NCBI RefSeq assembly: GCF_000181795.1
Contig: NW_003526944.1
Span: forward strand, 739,383-803,382
Origin: Trichinella spiralis
Taxonomy: Eukaryota
Length of the DNA: 64,000 nt
Reading direction: 5' to 3'
The position numbers were made by a program, and so were the translations under genes. Below, piece after piece: positions 1 through 13,330 of this stretch; position 1 is the stretch's first letter; each line of letters opens with the position of its first letter. The notes under the pieces are model-generated. The model did not search any database. It was given only the letters and a program-made list of their open reading frames with translations, and was not told where the DNA came from.

Positions 1-1798
1 CCAGCGGCACTGAACTTGGTGTAGTATTTTTCGGGGTTCTCAGAGGAAAAGTGAGCAAATTTTCAAACACTAGTACATACACACAATTCAGCTACTTTAT
101 ATTATTAATATGATTAAGCTGAGCGAAGGTTACGATTTTTCCGACTGTTCAGCTCGTGCTGTTGTCATCGCTGGTATTCCATTTCCACCGGCATTTGATC
201 CGCATGTGCGTTTGAAACGAGATTACTTGAACGAGCAAAAGCAGAAAAAATTACTGGTAAGAGAAAGAAGCAGTAAATAAATTTCAATATTTTCAATCAA
301 CAAATGAATATGTTTGTCAAGTCGCTCGACGGTTCAGCTTGGTACGTTCTGGACGCAGTTCGAGTTGTCAACCAAGCCATCGGCAGGGTAATTCGTCACA
401 GAAATGATTTTGGTGCAATTATTCTAGCCGATAATAGGTATGAAGATTTTTTCTTTGCAATTGTTGAAAATATACATGCATCATTTATTTATTTTCAAGA
501 TTCTCATCATGGCCAAATTATTATTATCCAAATTGGCTACGTCAATCTGCTATGGCGTACAAAAATTTCGGTGATGTAGTAAAGGCGTTGGCGAATTTTT
601 TTAAACAACACCAATGCAGTAGGCGCAGTTTGACACAAGCAAGCACTCATGCTGAAGCATCTAGTGACAATTCGAAATTGCTTGAACACAATGACGACTG
701 TTTTGCTTTTGATTTCAAAGAAAATAATCAATCAAAAATTCTTTCAAAAAGTTTGAAAAAATTCATGCAGTATTTTTTTATAAGTAAAATTTATTTGTCG
801 GTTTAATTTTCAGGACAACGCGTGGAAATTATCGAAGAATCAGAATTGCCAAGTTTCGATCTTTTGCAGCAGACTTATCGTTCCGACGATGGTCGAGCAT
901 CTGAAAGCAGTCAACTGTCCAGTGTGTGGGATGATCTCAGCTTGCCGTCAACTTCTGCTATGCAAAATGTAGAAAAAAGAATTTTTTTTCTTTTTTATTA
1001 CGGCGGATACATTAATTTGTTTATTTATTTTAGTATCTACTACCTCAGACAGATGATAATTATTCACAAGCTTCATTTTCATCAGCTTTTTCTGTTCGAA
1101 GAAAAATCAAAATCAAAGTAGCCAGTTTATTTTGATCATTTCATATTATTGAAATTATTATGATTATGCTTATTCCTCTTTAACTACTTTTCCAGCGTGA
1201 TATTCAACCAGAAACATCCGTCGAGAAGGAAGCACAACCGCAGGTTTCCTTTCACTTTTATTATTTTCATTGAAACTGAAATTGTACTTCTCTGTTTCAG
1301 GTGAATCAGTGTGATAATATTCAAACAACCGAGTGCACCGTATGTGATGCAACATTTTTACTCAGAATTATCTTAATTATTGATTGATTTTGCTTTTAGG
1401 TTGAGAAGAAAGAGAATACCGTGAAGAGCATCGCAAATTATATCGCCTCGGTAGATGAATAACTGAACAAACAAGCTCAGGTGAAAATTTGATGAGACAA
1501 AATTTGCATTTAGATTAAGCAAGCCGTTGCCCCTAGTGCGTATGCGAATTTTGTGCTGCTCTGTCAACGGTACAAAGAGAAAAATAATTTATCCGACGTT
1601 CTCAGTTGGTTCAAAGAGACAAAATTGGACAAATCTCACCGGCAATTATTTGTCGGTAAGTTTAAGTTTGTTTGCAATTGTTCCTTCTTCCATCCCTAGA
1701 ACAATCACTGTTTTCATGTAAATTCGGCTTTTAAAGGTTTCAGAATTTTTGTGAAAAAAGAGCATTTGAAAACTTTCGACGCTTACGTTGCATCTTGA
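1..1798 (+). CDS. RTEL1: Regulator of telomere elongation helicase 1 (XPD-family helicase), 3' part; 5' end lies outside the window
   Basis: Spliced exons 1-50, 119-256, 322-437 and 500 onward give [33 protein letters not shown]...[34 protein letters not shown]...PNWLR...[15 protein letters not shown] (helicase motifs V/VI, RTEL1-type). Terminal exons 1514-1655 and 1737-1798 (...[24 protein letters not shown]) resemble the RTEL1 harmonin-N-like domain. Middle exons (~750-1500) are not fully resolved. Confidence 0.85.
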
Positions 1799-1907
1799 AT
1801 CTACATAGTTTGGTTAATTTGCAATTTTGGTTCTCTGAAATAAAAAGGTCAGGCTATTTATTAATTGAATTTTTTTTGTTTACTCGTTATATAGAATTTG
1901 CTAAAAA

Positions 1908-1943
1908 TTAATTGATTAATTAATTAATTAATTAATTAATTAA
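1908..1943. repeat. (TAAT)n microsatellite between the convergent RTEL1 and SSNA1 3' ends
   Basis: Direct reading: ttaattgattaattaattaattaattaattaattaat. Confidence 0.85.
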
Positions 1944-2282
1944 TCCAACGTTATCTTGAGTGGAATAAATTGAAAACGAATACACTTTTCAGTTATAATT
2001 TATTCAACTAATAATCACACACTTGAAAACCACTCAAATATTTACAGTAATGCACTTACAGTAAATCAAGAAACAAACGTTTCAGTGATTCTAATTCTGA
2101 ACAAAGAATGATAATTAGTGATCAGTAGGAATTTCGAAAAATTTAACACCGCTTAAATACTATTAAGAAAAGTGGGATTTGTGTTGCGATAGTTGACTGA
2201 AAGAAAAGTTTGGAAAATGTGGATTGTAAAATACAATACCAAATGAGCAGAACATTTAAACATTAAACATAAAGCGCTTTGT

Positions 2283-2848
2283 CTAATTCTTCGGACTGCT
2301 GTTCATCTCGGACGAGCAGTATTGGCTGCCGGAATTCACTAGCTTTTGAATTTCTTTCTTCTCCTTTTCCATAAAAGCAACCAACGATTGCGAGCTCTCC
2401 AGCAACTGAAAAATCAATTTCGGCTACAAACACCAAATGAGCTGTGTAATCAGTGGTTCAACCGCACAAAGCCTCATCATTCATCGAACAATTCAAAGTA
2501 ACATGCAACGAATACCTTTTGATATGATACTGTAGCATTGCTAAGCGAAGATTCCAAAGTTGCGTAAGCTTCTTTTCTTCGATCGATGTCAGAAATCATT
2601 TGTATGCGCTTTTCATTTAGCACTCGCAGTTGATCGTCCAACTGCACCAGTTCGTGCTCTTGGCATTCTATTTGACATTGCAAGTCATCTTTCAACTTCT
2701 TGAGTGCGTTCAAATCTAAATTCAACAACAATTAACTCAGACGTCGAGTAAGTAGAGATAAAATGTAGACTTGGTCCAGTCAAATGAAAAAATCCAATTT
2801 CTTACGTCTAAGAATTTCCTCGCTGCGTAAGCAGTCTCGCTCAGACAT
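2283..2848 (-). CDS. SSNA1: SSNA1/NA14/DIP13-family coiled-coil microtubule protein
   Basis: Exons 2848-2806, 2715-2516 and 2405-2283 with phase-consistent GT-AG introns: MSERDCLRSEEILRHLNALKKLKDDLQCQIECQEHE...ATVSYQK|LLESSQSLVAFMEKE. This matches the SSNA1 hallmark Y.K(I/L)LESSQ.L. Confidence 0.85.
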
Positions 2849-4229
2849 AGTTGCTAAAATAAAACGGCACCTGCTACGAGTGGGGCAAACTTACTCAATG
2901 AAAGTTTGATTTTTTCTTCCCACTTTACAGTAGAATAGAGAAAATTAAGTTTTAATAATGTGTTTTACAGCAATTCACCGGCTTGGTGCTCAACTTGATT
3001 GGTCAATTCTAATTTCTAGTTCCGCCTTCAAATCTGCCCAACCCATGTTTCGCCATTCTTCAGTCTGAGCTTATATATATACATAAGTATTATGTGATAT
3101 CATATTATACAATTTCGCGGCGGTTTGTTCTTGGAAAATTACATTCCATTATTTTTTAAAAATATTTTATGATTAATACTTGAAGGTGACATTTTATTCT
3201 CTCTCCTACTGTAAGTAAAATAATGTTTTTCAATATAGATTTAGTAGTTGATTGTAATTGATTTAGAATAGTGGAATGCGGCTGCACTGAGTGACGATCA
3301 AACACTTAAGCACAAGTGGACTTTGGTCAGCGCAGATTTTGTGACGTAGTGTTGTCGTTTGTTACGAGACTTCTTTTTTATATTGCGCTTGTTTCTTTCC
3401 TGCCTATTTGAATGACTATGAGTGATTGACTAACGCATCATGTGATTAGCTGAGTAGATTTGCTACTGCGTTCAAAAGTTTTTCTTACTTTTTCAAGATT
3501 CAAAGAAAAAAGCAGTAAAAAGACTAATTCAACTATTGAAAAGTGTGCAAACGCTTTGCTCATTATTTATTCATTGGATATGCCGTCGCCCTGGGGTATT
3601 ATTTTTTGAAAACATAGGATAAATTTTGTTTTCTGTGATTTAATTGCATTTTAATGTTCTATCTAGTGAACAACTTCAGAACCTGTTCTATTTGTATGGG
3701 CTGTAAGAAGAAAAAGCAGAAAGTTGCTATATAAATTTAAAATCTTTTTTAGTCAAATGTTAAACAATATAGCAGATTGCATTTTTGTCTTTAAAGAAAA
3801 ATAAAGTATAGTCAGATTGCATGATAGTTTGCTCCGGCTTGGTTATTCCTATACAATTGATCCCTTAACATGCAGGAACCCAGCTCTTCATCCTTACACT
3901 ATATAAAAGTAAATCACAATGTTCCTTTCCGTTCACGAGATATTTTCACGCTTTGCAAAAAGTCAACCCCAGTGATGCTCTGAAAAAATTGCTGATTCAG
4001 ATAATAATTACTGGATACTTTTTTATTTAGATATTTTCTTTTACGCAAGATGATCCTGATATTTTGTAAATGCGAACAGTGTTGCGTTTATTTGATTTAA
4101 ATGATGAAATTCAACGGCCAAAGTATTGCAGACAAAGCTTTATTGCTGAAACGGTAAAACCCTCTCTATAGCCTTATCACTAACACAACATATCATGCAA
4201 ATTTTATAATAATGTTATATATTATATGT

Positions 4230-5400
4230 GTTATATATTATAATATTTGTGTGTGGACAGATATTGATAAGATATTTGAGCAGTTGCTGTTCAAAATTCA
4301 TTTATTCAAGAACATTATTTATTTTCAAATATTATTCAAATTTCAGTCGATATGATTATCTTTGCTACTACTGTAATAATTACAACACTGAAAATAGTAG
4401 CAGATTTTACTCTTTATAAGAGTTTCTTTAATGTAAAGATATAAACATGTTTATTGAATTAAATACTCCATTGAACAATGTTTGGAACAGAAAGTTCCAT
4501 TTTTCTGAAAACTGCTGGTTCAATATTACTTGAAAACTGATTCAAATTTCTTTGTTCAGTGTATGTAGTAAAACTCATCCAATTTCCTCTTGAATAGTCA
4601 TTTCTGGAATTTGTCATAAATTTCCTTATCAGCATTTATTGTTTTTGAACTATGAAAACTTTTTTCAAAAAATTTCAATTACTTTCATTGTATTTATTTT
4701 TTGTGAGCCTGTTTTCTGGGACGTACGTGATTCTTATTCATCTTTTTATTCCAATCGAAAGCTTTAATGAAAGCGAAAAATCAAAGCTTTAAGAAGCTGA
4801 TTTAGCCAAAGTCAACAATCTTCCATTTATAGTTTATAAGTGTTCAAATCATCCATGATGAACTTCAAGAGCCATGCAAGCTCAGTGCCCTAATTCACGA
4901 AGAGTAAACATATGTGCATTGACGCGTCAGCAAAGTAACTTTATGGTAATTGGATGGTGAACACTGGGAAGGGTATTTTGCTGAAAGCATTTTGTGCCAT
5001 TCAAATCTGGAAGCAATTAACTAAATGTAAAAATGAATTCATCATGAGCAGGCGACTAATATATAATTATTTGCTGAAGAGTATTCGTCTAAGTGCTACG
5101 CTAGGTAATTTGCTCAATTTTGTTGCTTCACATCCACATATACGTTGGGAATATTGGACTTCAGATACGATCAAACAATGACCATCAGTTGGATAGTTTC
5201 ACTCCTTTACGTTTGCTTCATTCCTAATCACCGATATACCATCAGCCAGGTATGAAGTTTTGCATATTTGTTGGTTTTTCCTTATTTTTTCTTACACTAT
5301 GCCGCTGTTTGGATAACTTTCAAATTTTGTGAATCATGGTCACTTTTTACGACTCTAATAGCTGTTCAGTTTTAACTTTTGTCATTTCAAAGAACTAATA
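4230..5400. repeat. Dispersed duplicated segment; inverted copy at ~25050-26150 and partial direct copy at ~14820-15200
   Basis: 4270-4350 (atttgagcagttgctgttcaaaattcatttattcaag...ttcaaatttcagtc) matches the reverse complement of 26030-26115. tgtgccattcaaatctggaagcaatt (~4994) recurs at ~14915 and inverted at ~25352-25375. Confidence 0.85.
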
Positions 5401-6249
5401 CTTTTTCATAAGGATGCTGCTGCTGCATCAGAGGACACTTCAAACTGATCAATTTTTGCACAGAACTATTTCTAGTTAACGGAGTAAGGCTGTTCATTCT
5501 CACCTTAGCAACTTGATAATGTCAGAATTCAACTATATAGCGTTCCATACTTCCTTAAAAATGAATAATGAAAACAAATTTGTTAATTCTTTTCCATCAT
5601 TGAGAAAATACCTTCACCAATAAATATTTTCCTCATTTTGTTTCTAAGAGTCACTTAAGAAGGAGGGGGAAAGAGGTACAGGGGGAAAAGACCCCTCAAA
5701 TATCCCAAAGCGAAAGGGGCAGGTTGGGAACCAATCTAAGAGTAACCTCAAACCATCTCTGGATTTCAGTTGTGATTAGCTGTAATATTTTTTCGTTTCA
5801 TTAGTTCGAATATTTCATTTGGGATTACGTAAATTTAATAGTAGCGACGTAACATTAGTAATGAAAATATTTATTTTTCGAGAATTATATTGAGCTTGCT
5901 TCAATCCACCAATAAGACAATGGCACGAAGTTCCAATAAAACAGCCTATTCAATGACTAGTAAAATAGGGCGGTAAAAATTTGGACCGAACTGGACCATC
6001 GCGACAATCCCTGAATCTTATGCGTGAGAACTATGTGAAGGAAAGCGATACACGTTATAACAGCATTAACTTTCTCTATATTTTTGCTATTCCACATTTC
6101 TTCTTTCGGCCTTATTCTCTTCTTTCTCAGACTTGTCTTTGCTGATTGACGATGTCGATTACTGAGCTCTTAAAAGACCTAAGAAGAACATGGATAGCCA
6201 TAATCTGTATCAAATTCCCAACACTATTTCAGATGAAGGGAGAGCGTTG

Positions 6250-9200
6250 GAGTATTGTGCATTTGAATAAATCATAAGCAACTTCCAAACAATTATCTAT
6301 TTGTGACACGTTCAAGAAGATACGGGCTATTAATTTAACTTACTATAGTGATCAATTGAATTAAATCACCCAGTTCTTGCTGTTAAATAACAATTAATAG
6401 CTGCCTATCGGAACATGTACATTGCAAGTCTTTGCTTTGTTAAATAACAAACAGTTAGTAGATTATCCACATTATTATTGGCTTTTTAATTCATTTAACT
6501 TTTCATTGATTCCAAAGGGTCGGTAATTTGAATTTCTTTTCTATTTGTACGTACTGTTCAATACCGCGCTGCATAATGAGCAGCAAATTTAATAGATGAA
6601 AGTAAAAATTAAATACAAATGTAATGAAATTAAGCCAGCTTAAAAGGCAGAACAAATTAATGGGCTAATGCGTGGTATTTATTCGAATTCATCGAAGTGC
6701 AGGACTATAAGTTCAGGAAAATCAAAGCCGACGTTATCGAAAAGCGCAAAAAAATATCAAATGCATTGCTGATAATTCCAAACAATACTGGACCACATTT
6801 AAGTATGTAAATTTTGAATATTCCGCAATCGATGATTTCTTGAGAAAATCGACAAAATCACGGTTATGGAATTTGACATTTTTAGAAGGGGAAAACTGAT
6901 TCAATACATGAGAATTGAATTTCAATTTGCCAATTTTGACTAATTTTTATCTCTGAAAAGTAATTAATCAAAAAATGGCGAACATGAGAATTTTAATTTT
7001 AAAGATACTGTAATACATAAATGAAAATGAAGAGTAATTGCTATTTAAATAAACAACTGTTTTTCGTGGTTATTCTTCGAATTTCCTATGTAAATGTTTA
7101 CACAGTGGTACATTGCTCATAAAGATGAAGCCCATATTTTTTATGGCTTTATATTTAATCCCCCTTATCAAATTTCACGTATCACTTTTTTGTCAATACC
7201 TCGTGTAATGCGCAATGAGAAAATGTCCGGATAAATTGGTAATAGTTGTAAATATTTTCCTGATGAATTCAAATGATATTATTAATTTTCGTTGAAAAAA
7301 AATTTTCAGGACAATTTCGAAATTTCACGGGCTACATACTTGGTTCTTCTGAAAACACCCAAAATTTTATTTTCAAAATCTTATCTTTCTTTTGATGGAT
7401 ACGCAGAGAAGAAAAAAAGTGCTAGTGTTATGCAGAGTTTAATCGTAAACAGTTTGGTATGTGGGGAATTAATGGCCTCTAAATTTGGTAGAGTGCCTAC
7501 CGTAATACATAGGAAAGTTGACAATCTGAAAACCTCTTTCTCCGGAAGCAGAGACTTCCAGTTAATTCATAAAAACATTTTCACCTCGAATGCGTCAGTT
7601 TTCGTCTAAATTCTCTTCAAATAGCAATCAGTTGAATTGAATTTCAAAACATATTGCACTTAAAAATTTATTAATACCTGCTTTTCCTATCGTATACCTC
7701 CGATCTCTGCTTTCAACAAAAACAAGCAATTCATAGAATATAACCGCCATTATCGGTTTCATAATTCATTTTGCTTTTGATTGATACCAATTATGTGAAT
7801 ATTTGATTTCATCTTCACTTTGTATTCACGGTTATGTACCATTCCGCATAATGATCATAAGAAGTAATAAGTGGCGTTAAAAATTAAATGTTAATTGTAT
7901 GAAATTAAATAAATTCACAAATCAGTACAAATTAATAGGTTTTTGCATGGAATTTATAGGAATTTGTCGACGTATCCCATCATAAGTTCTTGTAAACTCA
8001 TTCCGTCGTTCTCGAAAAGCGCACCGAATTATAAAATGCTTTATTGATAATTTTAAACAATGAGCTTTCAGCTTTTAGTATTTAAATTTTCAATATTCCG
8101 TCATCGAGGATGCTTAGAGAGAATCGACGAAATTAAAGGTTTTGGAATTTGACATTTTTAGAAGAAAAAAAACTGATGCAATTCACGGGAATAGAATTTC
8201 AATTTGCCAATTTGGACTAATTTTTGTCTCTGAAGAGTAATTAATCAAAAATTGCAAAAATGATATTTTTAATTTTTAAAAATACTGTAATCTATAAGCG
8301 CAAATGAAGAATAATTGCTATTTAATTAAGCCAGCGTTTTTCGTGGTCGTTTTTCGTGTTTCCTCCATAAATATTTACAGATGAATATATTGTTCTTAGC
8401 TTTGAAGCTCATGATTTTTGTGCCTTCTTATTTCATCCTCCTCATAATCATATTGCAACTTTCACTTTTTTGCAAATAGCTCGAGGAATACGCAATGAAG
8501 AGAAGTGCCGATAAATTTGTATCTGCTCTGAATATTTTCCTGATCAACTGAAGCTGATATTTGTAATTTTCGTAAATGACTGCTCGAAAATTTCAAAATT
8601 TTGTGGGCTACAGATTTGGTTGTTTTGCGAAAAATATTTTTTCAAAATTCCAACTATTTTTATATTTGGGGATTCAGATTGATGAGTTCTAGTCGTGGTC
8701 TTTCAGCTAAATCAGTTTATCAGTTGAGAAATAAATGGCCTCTAACTTTGGTACATTGTCTACAGCAATACATAACAAAGTCGATCATATGTAAATCTTT
8801 TTCAACGGAACCAGAGACCTTTCACTTTTGCGCATACAACATTATTCTTCTCGAATTCCTTAATTGTCTTTTAAATTATCTTCATGTGGCAATCAATGGA
8901 ATTTAATATTCTCACATATTGCTCTTAATAATTAATTAATATCTAATTTTCGTATGGTATAATTGGGATCTCTCTTCTCAGAAAACAAGCAATTTATGGA
9001 ATTCCACCGCCATTATCAATTTTATATTTCATTTTGCTTTTGATTGACACCAAATATGTGAATATTTAATTTCATCTTCACTTTGTTTCCACTCTTGTTT
9101 ACCACTCTGCTTAACGATTATAAAAAGTAATAAGTGGCGTTAAAAATTAATTGTTAATTGCATGAAATTAAATAAATTCACAAATCAGTACAAACTAATA

Positions 9201-12200
9201 GGTTTTTGCGTGGAATTTATAGGAATTTGTCGACGTATCCCATCATAAGTACTTGTAAACTCATTCCGTCGTTCTCGAAAAGCGCGCCGAATTATAAGAT
9301 GCTTCATTGAAAATTTTATACAATGAACTCCCAGACCGCTGTATTTGAAATTTCAATATTCCGCAAACGAGGATGTTTAGGAAAAATCGACGAAATTCAG
9401 TGTTTTGGAATTTGGCGTTTTTAGAGGAAGAAAAACTGATGCAATACACGAGAACTGAATTTCCATTTGCCAATTTGGACTAATTTTCATCTCTTTAGAG
9501 TCATTAATCAAGAATTGCAAGAATGATATTTTTCATTTTTGAAGATACTGTAATCCGTAAACTCTAATAAAGAATAATTGCTATTGAATTAAGCCAGCGT
9601 TTTTCGTGGTCATTTTTCGTGTTTCCTTCATAAATATTTACAGAAGAATATATTGTTCTTAGCTTTGAAGCTCATGATTTTTATGCCTTCTTATTTCATC
9701 CTCCTTATAATCATATTGCAAATTTCACTTTTTTGCAAATAGCTCGAGGAATACGCAATGAAGAGGAGTGCGGATAAATTTGTATCAGCTCAGAATATTT
9801 TCCCGATCAATTGAAGCCGATCTTAGTAATTTTCATAAATGACTTCTCGAAAATTTCAAAATTTCATGGACTACGGACTTAGTTATTTTTCAAAAAACGG
9901 CTAATAACGTATTTTCAAAATTTCAACTATTTTTCATTTTTAGGGATTGAGATTGATTTGTTCTAGTGTTATGCGGTCTTTTAGCTAAATCAGTTTATCA
10001 GTTGATAAGTATATGGGCTCTGAAATTGGTACATTGGCTACAGCAATACATAAAACAGTTGATGATATGTAAATCTCTTTCAACGGAACCAGGGACTTCT
10101 CACTCTTGCGCATATAACATTTTGCTTCTCGAATGAATTAGTTTTCTTTTTAATCATCTTCATATAGCAAACAGTTGAATAGAATATTCTCACATATTGC
10201 TCTCAAAAATTTATTAATACTTGATTTTCTTATCGTATAATTCGGATCTCTATTCTTCCCAAAAAACACGCAGTTTATGGAATTTCACCGCCATTATCAA
10301 TTTTATAATTCATTTTGCTTTCGATTGATACCAAATATGTGAATATTTGATTTCATATTCACTTTGTATTCACTGTTGTGTACCACTCTGCATATGATCA
10401 TAAAAAGTAATAAGTGGCGTTAAAAATTATATGATAACGGTATGAAATTAAATAAATTCAATAATTAGTACAAATTAATAGGATAATGCGTGGTATTTAT
10501 ATGAATTCGTCGACGTATCCAATGATAAGTTCTTGTAAACTCCTTCCGTCGTTCTCGAAATACGCGCCGAATTATAAAATGCTTTATTGATAATTTTAAA
10601 CAATGAGCTCCCACATTTTAGTATTTAACTTTTCAGTATTCCGCAATCGAGGATGCTTAGAGAAAATCGACAAAATTAAAGGTTTTGGAATTTGATATTT
10701 TTATAAGAAAAAAAACTGATGCAATGCACGGGAATAGAATTTCAATTTGCCAATTTGGAGTAATTTTGTCTCTGAAGAGTAATTAATCAGAAATTGCAAA
10801 AATGATATTTTTAATTTTTAAAAATACTGTAATCTATAAACGCAAATGAAGAATAATTGCGATTGAATTAAGCCAGCGTTTTTCGTGGTCATTTTTCGTG
10901 TTTCCTCCATAAATATTTACAGAAGAATATATTGTTCATAGCTATGAAACTTATGATTTTTATGCCTTCTTATTTCATCCTCCTTATAATAACATTTCAA
11001 ATTTCACTTTTCTGTCAATATCTCGAGTAATACGCAATGAAGAGAAGTGCCGATAAATTTGTATCAGCTCTGAATATTTTCCTGATCAACTGCAGCTGAT
11101 ATTAGTAATTTTCGTAAATGATTTCTCGAAAATTTCCAAATTTCGTGCGCAACAGAATTGGTTATTTTTCAAAAAATGACTAATAATGTTTTATCAAAAT
11201 TCCAACTATTTTTGATTGTTAAGGATTCAGATTGATGAGTTCTAGTGTTATGGGGTCTTTTAGCTAAATCAGTTTATCAGGTGAGAAATAAATAGCGTCT
11301 AATGTTGCTACATTGCCTGCAGCAATAAATAAAAAAGTTGATCATATGTAAATTCTTTTCAACGGAGACACAGACTTCCCACCTCTGCGCATATAACATT
11401 TTTCTTCTCGAATTCATTAGTTTTCTTTTTAATCATCTTCATATAGCAATCACAGGAATTGAATATCCTCAGATATTGCTCTCAAAAATTTATTAATACT
11501 TGATTTTCTTATCGTATAATTCGGATCTCTATTCTTCCCAAAAAACAAGCAGTTTATGGAATTTCACCGCCATTATCAATTTTATAATTCATTTTGCTTT
11601 CGATTGATACCAAATATGTGAATATTTGATTTCATATTCACTTTGTATTCACTGTTGTGTACCACTCTGCATATGATCATAAAAAGTAAAAAGTGGGGGT
11701 AAAATTATACGATAACGGTATGAAATTAAATAAATTCAATAATTAGTACAAATTAATAGGATAATGCGTGGAATTTATATGAATTCGTCGACATATCCAA
11801 TGATAAGTTCTTGTAAACTCATTCCGTCGTTCTCGAAAAGCGCGGCGAATTATAAAATGCTTTATTGATAATTTTAAAGAATGAGCTACCACATTTTAGT
11901 ATTTAAATTTTCAATATTCCGCAATCGAGGATGCTTAGAGAAAATCGACAAAATTAAAGGTTTTGGAATTTGATATTTTTATAAGAAAAAAAACTGATGC
12001 AATGCACGGGAATAGAATTTCAATTTGCCAATTTGGAGTAATTTTGTCTCTGAAGAGTAATTAATCAGAAATTGCAAAAATGATATTTTTAATTTTTAAA
12101 AATACTGTAATCTATAAACGCAAATGAAGAATAATTGCGATTGAATTAAGTCATCGTTTTTCGTGGTCATTTTTCGTGTTTCCTCCATAAATATTTACAG

Positions 12201-13330
12201 AAGAATATATTGTTCATAGCTATGAAACTTATGATTTTTATGCCTTCTTACTTCATCCTCCTTTTAATAACATTTCAAATTTCACTTTTTTGTCAATATC
12301 TCGAGTAATACGCAATGAAGAGAAGTGCCGATAAATTTGTATCAGCTCTGAATATTTTCTTGATCAACTGCAGCTGATATTAGTAATTTTCGTAAAGGTC
12401 TTCTCGAAAATTTCAAAATTTCATGGACTACGGACTTAGTTGAAATTTTGAAAATACATTATTATTAGCCATTTTTTGAAAAATAACTATTTTTGATTTT
12501 TAGGCATTCAGGGAGATGAGATCTAGTTTCTTGTGACGTGTTTCATCGAAATCAGTTTATAATTTGATAAATAAATGGCTTCAAATTTTGGTGCATTTCC
12601 TACAGTAATACGTGAGAAAATTAATCATGTGTAAGTCTTCTTCATCGGAACCAGGGACTTCGATCTTTTGCGCATATAACATTTTTCTTCTCTAATGCAT
12701 TTCTTTTCTGCTGATTGATCTTCTTTTAGCAGTCAGTTGAATTCTCACTCCTTACATACTGCTCTGAGAAATTTATTAACACCTGCTTTTCCTATCGTAT
12801 GATTTGAAGATTTCTACTTTCTTAGAAGATTAGTAATTCATTTCGTGTCTCCGTTATTATGGGTTTCATGATTCATTTTGCTTTTTAGTGATATTAAATA
12901 TGAGAATATTTTATTTCATCTGCACTTTGTATCCACTCATCTATACCACTCTCCATAATGATCATAAAAAGCAATAAGCTTCCTTTAAAATTAAATGCTA
13001 TTTCTATGAAATTGAATGAAATCGCTATTCAGGACAAATTAATGGTACAGTGCCTGGTATTTATTCGTATTGGTCGAATTGTCCTACTGTATCTTCAGGA
13101 AAAACAATTCGTCGTTTTGCAAATCGGTCGAATTTATAAAATGCTTTGTTGATAAACGCAGACAATATTGTACGAGTTGTAAATGTGCAAATTTACAATA
13201 TTATCCCAATGGATAATTTTTTTTTGAAATTTCACACAATTTCCTTTTTTATGAATTTGATTATTACAGAAGAGAGAAACTGTTGTAGTGAATGAACGTT
13301 ACATTGATATTTGATACTTTTGAACAATTC
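6250..13330. repeat. Tandem array of ~1.27-kb units (~5.5 copies)
   Basis: The marker ttgccaattt recurs at 6927, 8204, 9467, 10747 and 12025 (spacings 1277, 1263, 1280, 1278). Inner units are nearly identical over long stretches and outer units are much more diverged. There is no long ORF. Confidence 0.95.

Noticed and set aside
1..1798. FANCJ/BRIP1 or DDX11 identity for the helicase
   Set aside because: [14 protein letters not shown], the NFGDVV..LA.FF segment and a C-terminal harmonin-like domain fit RTEL1 better.
6250..13330. CRISPR-like array or a gene using an alternative genetic code
   Set aside because: Units are ~1.27 kb with no unique spacers. All three stop codons and frameshifting indels occur, so no single codon reassignment opens a frame.
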